From an uncultured virus (IMG/VR IMGVR_UViG_3300036790_000345) (taxonomy: Duplodnaviria > Heunggongvirae > Uroviricota > Caudoviricetes): DNA of 64,000 nucleotides. Below the pieces are notes generated by a model. That model saw nothing but the letters and a program-made list of their open reading frames with translations, was not told where the DNA came from and did no database searches. Below are positions 61,642-64,000 of this stretch, in pieces. The DNA lies in IMG/VR virus record IMGVR_UViG_3300036790_000345; one strand, written 5' to 3'. Within the stretch, counting starts at the first letter, position 1. Every line of letters starts with the position of its first letter. A program made the position numbers and the translations under genes.

Positions 61642-62583
61642 TGCGGCCAGAGCGTAAACGGGGGAGTGGTCAAGCCGGGAGCGCATCCGGTCGTAGCGCT
61701 CGGTAGTCCGCGGGTCGACGTGGCCGGCTAGCGCCTGCACGTCCCGCAGTGAGCAACCGCGCTCGAGCGCCTCGGTCAGCGCCGAGTGCCGCAGCGAGTG
61801 GGGATGCAGCGCATTCGCCTGCGGCAGTTTCGCCCGCACTGCGATGCGGCGGATCAGCCGGTACAGGCCCGGCTCGTCAAGACGCCCGCGGCCGCCATCG
61901 CGCGGCGAGGTCGCGAAGAGCGGGCCGTCAATGCGCCCGTCCAGGTAGGCGTCCAGCACGACGCCGACCCACGGCGCGACCGGCAGGTGCTGGCGCCTGC
62001 CGCCCTTCCGGGTGACCGTGAGCACCCGGTGGCCCCCCGTGTGGCCTAGGTCGTTCACATCTGCCGCGAGTACCTCGGTGGTCCGCGCCCCCGTGGTCAG
62101 CATCACGGCGGCGAGGGCGTGCGCCCGGCGCGAGTGCGCCTGGGCCGCCTCGAGGAACGCGACCATCTCCTTGCGGTTCAGCCACGAGATCGTGTCCTCG
62201 TCCTGCTGGCGCTTCGGCCGCTTCATCTCCTTGATCGGGTTGGCTTCCATGTCGCCGGTCTCTGCGGCGTAGCTGAAGAACGACGACGACGACGACAGCC
62301 GCCGCGCGATGGTCGCCTCGGAGACCGCCCGCGAGCCGTCTTCGCGAACTGTGCGGCGCATCGACTCGGCCCACGCCGCTACCTGCCGCCGCGTCGCCGC
62401 GAGGACGCTGGTGCCGTGCTCGCCGAGGAATGCCGCGAGAAGCCTGATGTCCTTCGCGTACGCGGTGCGCGTGTTGGCGCCCGGGTGCTCGAGCAGCCAT
62501 CCGGTGATGGCGCTCAGGGAGTCGCTGTCTGCGGCGATGACGGCGAGCGCGTCAGGCTCGGCCGCGGCGGGCAAGATCGTCAT
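61609..62583 (-). CDS. Tyrosine recombinase (XerC/D-like)
   Basis: TGARTTE, RKGG, HPHSLRH, LAGH, TTERY catalytic residues; N-terminal NTRTAY..D. Confidence 0.92.
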   Translation of the reverse strand: MTILPAAAEPDALAVIAADSDSLSAITGWLLEHPGANTRTAYAKDIRLLAAFLGEHGTSVLAATRRQVAAWAESMRRTVREDGSRAVSEATIARRLSSSSSFFSYAAETGDMEANPIKEMKRPKRQQDEDTISWLNRKEMVAFLEAAQAHSRRAHALAAVMLTTGARTTEVLAADVNDLGHTGGHRVLTVTRKGGRRQHLPVAPWVGVVLDAYLDGRIDGPLFATSPRDGGRGRLDEPGLYRLIRRIAVRAKLPQANALHPHSLRHSALTEALERGCSLRDVQALAGHVDPRTTERYDRMRSRLDHSPVYALAASLASAAPPAS

Positions 62584-62689
62584 GGATGACAGAGTAACAG
62601 GAATTATCCTGCATACTCCGGAGCGCTGTAGCGCGTCTCTAACCAGCCGCTAGCACTGTTCGCTGCGCAGTCCCGATAGCCTTTGATCC

Positions 62690-62920
62690 ATGCGGCAGGC
62701 CGATCTCGCGGTGATCGCGCAGACCCGTGACGATCTCGCGTCGGGCCGGGCACGGGCGGCGAGGAATGAGGCCAGGATCACCCAGGCCGAGTTCGCTTCG
62801 GTGCTCGGCGTGCACCGGTCCGCGGTCAGCCACTGGGAGTCCGGCCGGTCCGTTCCCTCCGCGCCTCACGCCCTGGCCTACGGCAGGCTGCTGCGTCAGC
62901 TCGGGAAGAAGGCGGCATGA
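62690..62920 (+). CDS. XRE-family HTH protein, possible directionality factor or regulator
   Basis: ARNEARITQAEFASVLGVHRSAVSHWESG. Confidence 0.75.
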   Translation: MRQADLAVIAQTRDDLASGRARAARNEARITQAEFASVLGVHRSAVSHWESGRSVPSAPHALAYGRLLRQLGKKAA

Positions 62921-62960
62921 TGGCCCTCGTCTGCCCGGCAGGCCGCTGCCCGTGCCTCAG

Positions 62961-64000
62961 CTAGACGGGGATGCCGGAGTGCCCCGGCCCCTGCCATGGC
63001 GGTTCCCAGGCGGGGAACACCCGGGCATGGCAGTCCTGCCCGTCCTCGCCGCGCCATGCCACCACCGAGAGGATCAGGCCGGCCAGCGCGTTCCGGGCCC
63101 GGTCCGGGCGCATGGTGTCCCACTCGTCCAGCAGTGTGCGGATGACCGGGTGCACGTCGGGTGCCATGCCGCCGGCCCGCTGCTGCTCGCGGGCCAGCAA
63201 GGTGACGATCCGCTCCCGCTCGGCGAGCAGCTCGGCTCTCGCCCCGGCCCATGCCCGCGCGGGGACGTCCTCCTCGCGTGCCTGCCGGGCCAGGAGCCGG
63301 GCCAGTTCCCGGTCCTTCTTCGCGAGCTCGGCCTCCAGCTGCCCGGCGCTGGCCCGCGCGGCGGAGACCGCCGCCCCGGCCGCGGCCAGCCCCTGCTCGC
63401 CGGCGAGGCGGATGTCCTCGGCGGCGAGCCACGCCAGGACGGCGCCGAGGACGGCGTCGTAGCGGACGCCCCGCCCTCGCGAGGGACAGTCCTTGTACCG
63501 GTCCCAGCGGGAGCACCGCGCCAGCGTCCGTGCCGTGCCGTGCGAGATCTTCAGGACGGCCTTCGCCCCGCAGTGCCCGCATTGCAGGAGGCCGGTCAGC
63601 GCGTAGCGGGGCGCGCGGGAGCGCGGCGGGGTGGCGCTGACCGCGGCGCGCCGGCGCAGGTACGCCTGCCATTCGGGGGGGCTGATGACAGGCTCGTGGG
63701 CGCCGGCGAGCAGGACCGTGCGTGAGCAGCGGGCCGCCTTGCCGCAGCCGCACGCCGGGTCGTGGACGCGCAGGTACCCGGCGCCGAACCCGGAGTCGAG
63801 GGTGCGCCGGACAAGGTAGGGCGCCCACCTGGTGCCGCGGGTGTTGCGGATCCCCGCGTCGTTGAGCACGGCCGCGATGACGGCCGGCTGGTCGCCCCGG
63901 ATGTAGGAGAGGTACATCTCGCGCAGCACCGGCCCGGTCAGCGGGTCGTGCTCGTACCGCTCGCCGGCCGGGTCGGCGGTGTCGCGGCGGGTGCGGCGCG
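62961..64000 (-). CDS. Large serine recombinase/integrase, C-terminal part (5' beyond window)
   Basis: IAAVLNDAGIRNTRGTRW, GAHEPVIS, LTGLLQCGHCG zinc ribbon, coiled coil; frame open to the window end. Confidence 0.88.
   Translation of the reverse strand, partial: RRTRRDTADPAGERYEHDPLTGPVLREMYLSYIRGDQPAVIAAVLNDAGIRNTRGTRWAPYLVRRTLDSGFGAGYLRVHDPACGCGKAARCSRTVLLAGAHEPVISPPEWQAYLRRRAAVSATPPRSRAPRYALTGLLQCGHCGAKAVLKISHGTARTLARCSRWDRYKDCPSRGRGVRYDAVLGAVLAWLAAEDIRLAGEQGLAAAGAAVSAARASAGQLEAELAKKDRELARLLARQAREEDVPARAWAGARAELLAERERIVTLLAREQQRAGGMAPDVHPVIRTLLDEWDTMRPDRARNALAGLILSVVAWRGEDGQDCHARVFPAWEPPWQGPGHSGIPV

Larger units (their letters stand above)
1..64000. mobile_element. Actinobacterial temperate phage/prophage, possibly a phage-ICE hybrid; boundaries outside the window
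   Basis: Tail, lysis, switch, replication and integrase modules; no host housekeeping genes seen. Confidence 0.88.

Noticed and set aside
60254..61657. ORFs overlapping the array (MPAQRLRICE and similar repeats)
   Set aside because: Translations of CRISPR repeats, not genes

Overview
High-GC actinobacterial temperate phage/prophage segment, judged from gene content. Left to right: tail genes, HNH endonuclease, membrane proteins and a DUF1906-type endolysin (1-7235); a minus-strand conjugation-like module (Spd-like membrane protein, FtsK/TraB-like ATPase, VirD4/TraD-like coupling protein, excisionase-like HTH) divergent from a KorSA-like GntR regulator (7.5-17.2 kb); an initiator tRNA-Met followed by about 470 nt of structured non-coding sequence (19.46-20.0 kb); a cI/Cro-like switch (22.5-23.4 kb); and a long rightward early region of small genes plus ERF, exonuclease, helicases, two DNA methyltransferases, prim-pol, D5-like primase/helicase, clamp-like, HAD and MazG-like genes. 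The main finding is a compact phage-borne type V CRISPR module at 58.0-61.3 kb. It consists of a Cas12m-like effector that appears nuclease-dead and lacks the C-terminal zinc finger and RuvC-III, a translationally coupled uncharacterised 177-aa gene, and a 13-repeat array with no cas1/cas2 in the window. A tyrosine recombinase and a partial large serine integrase follow. All family calls are from motif recognition by eye; no database searches were run.
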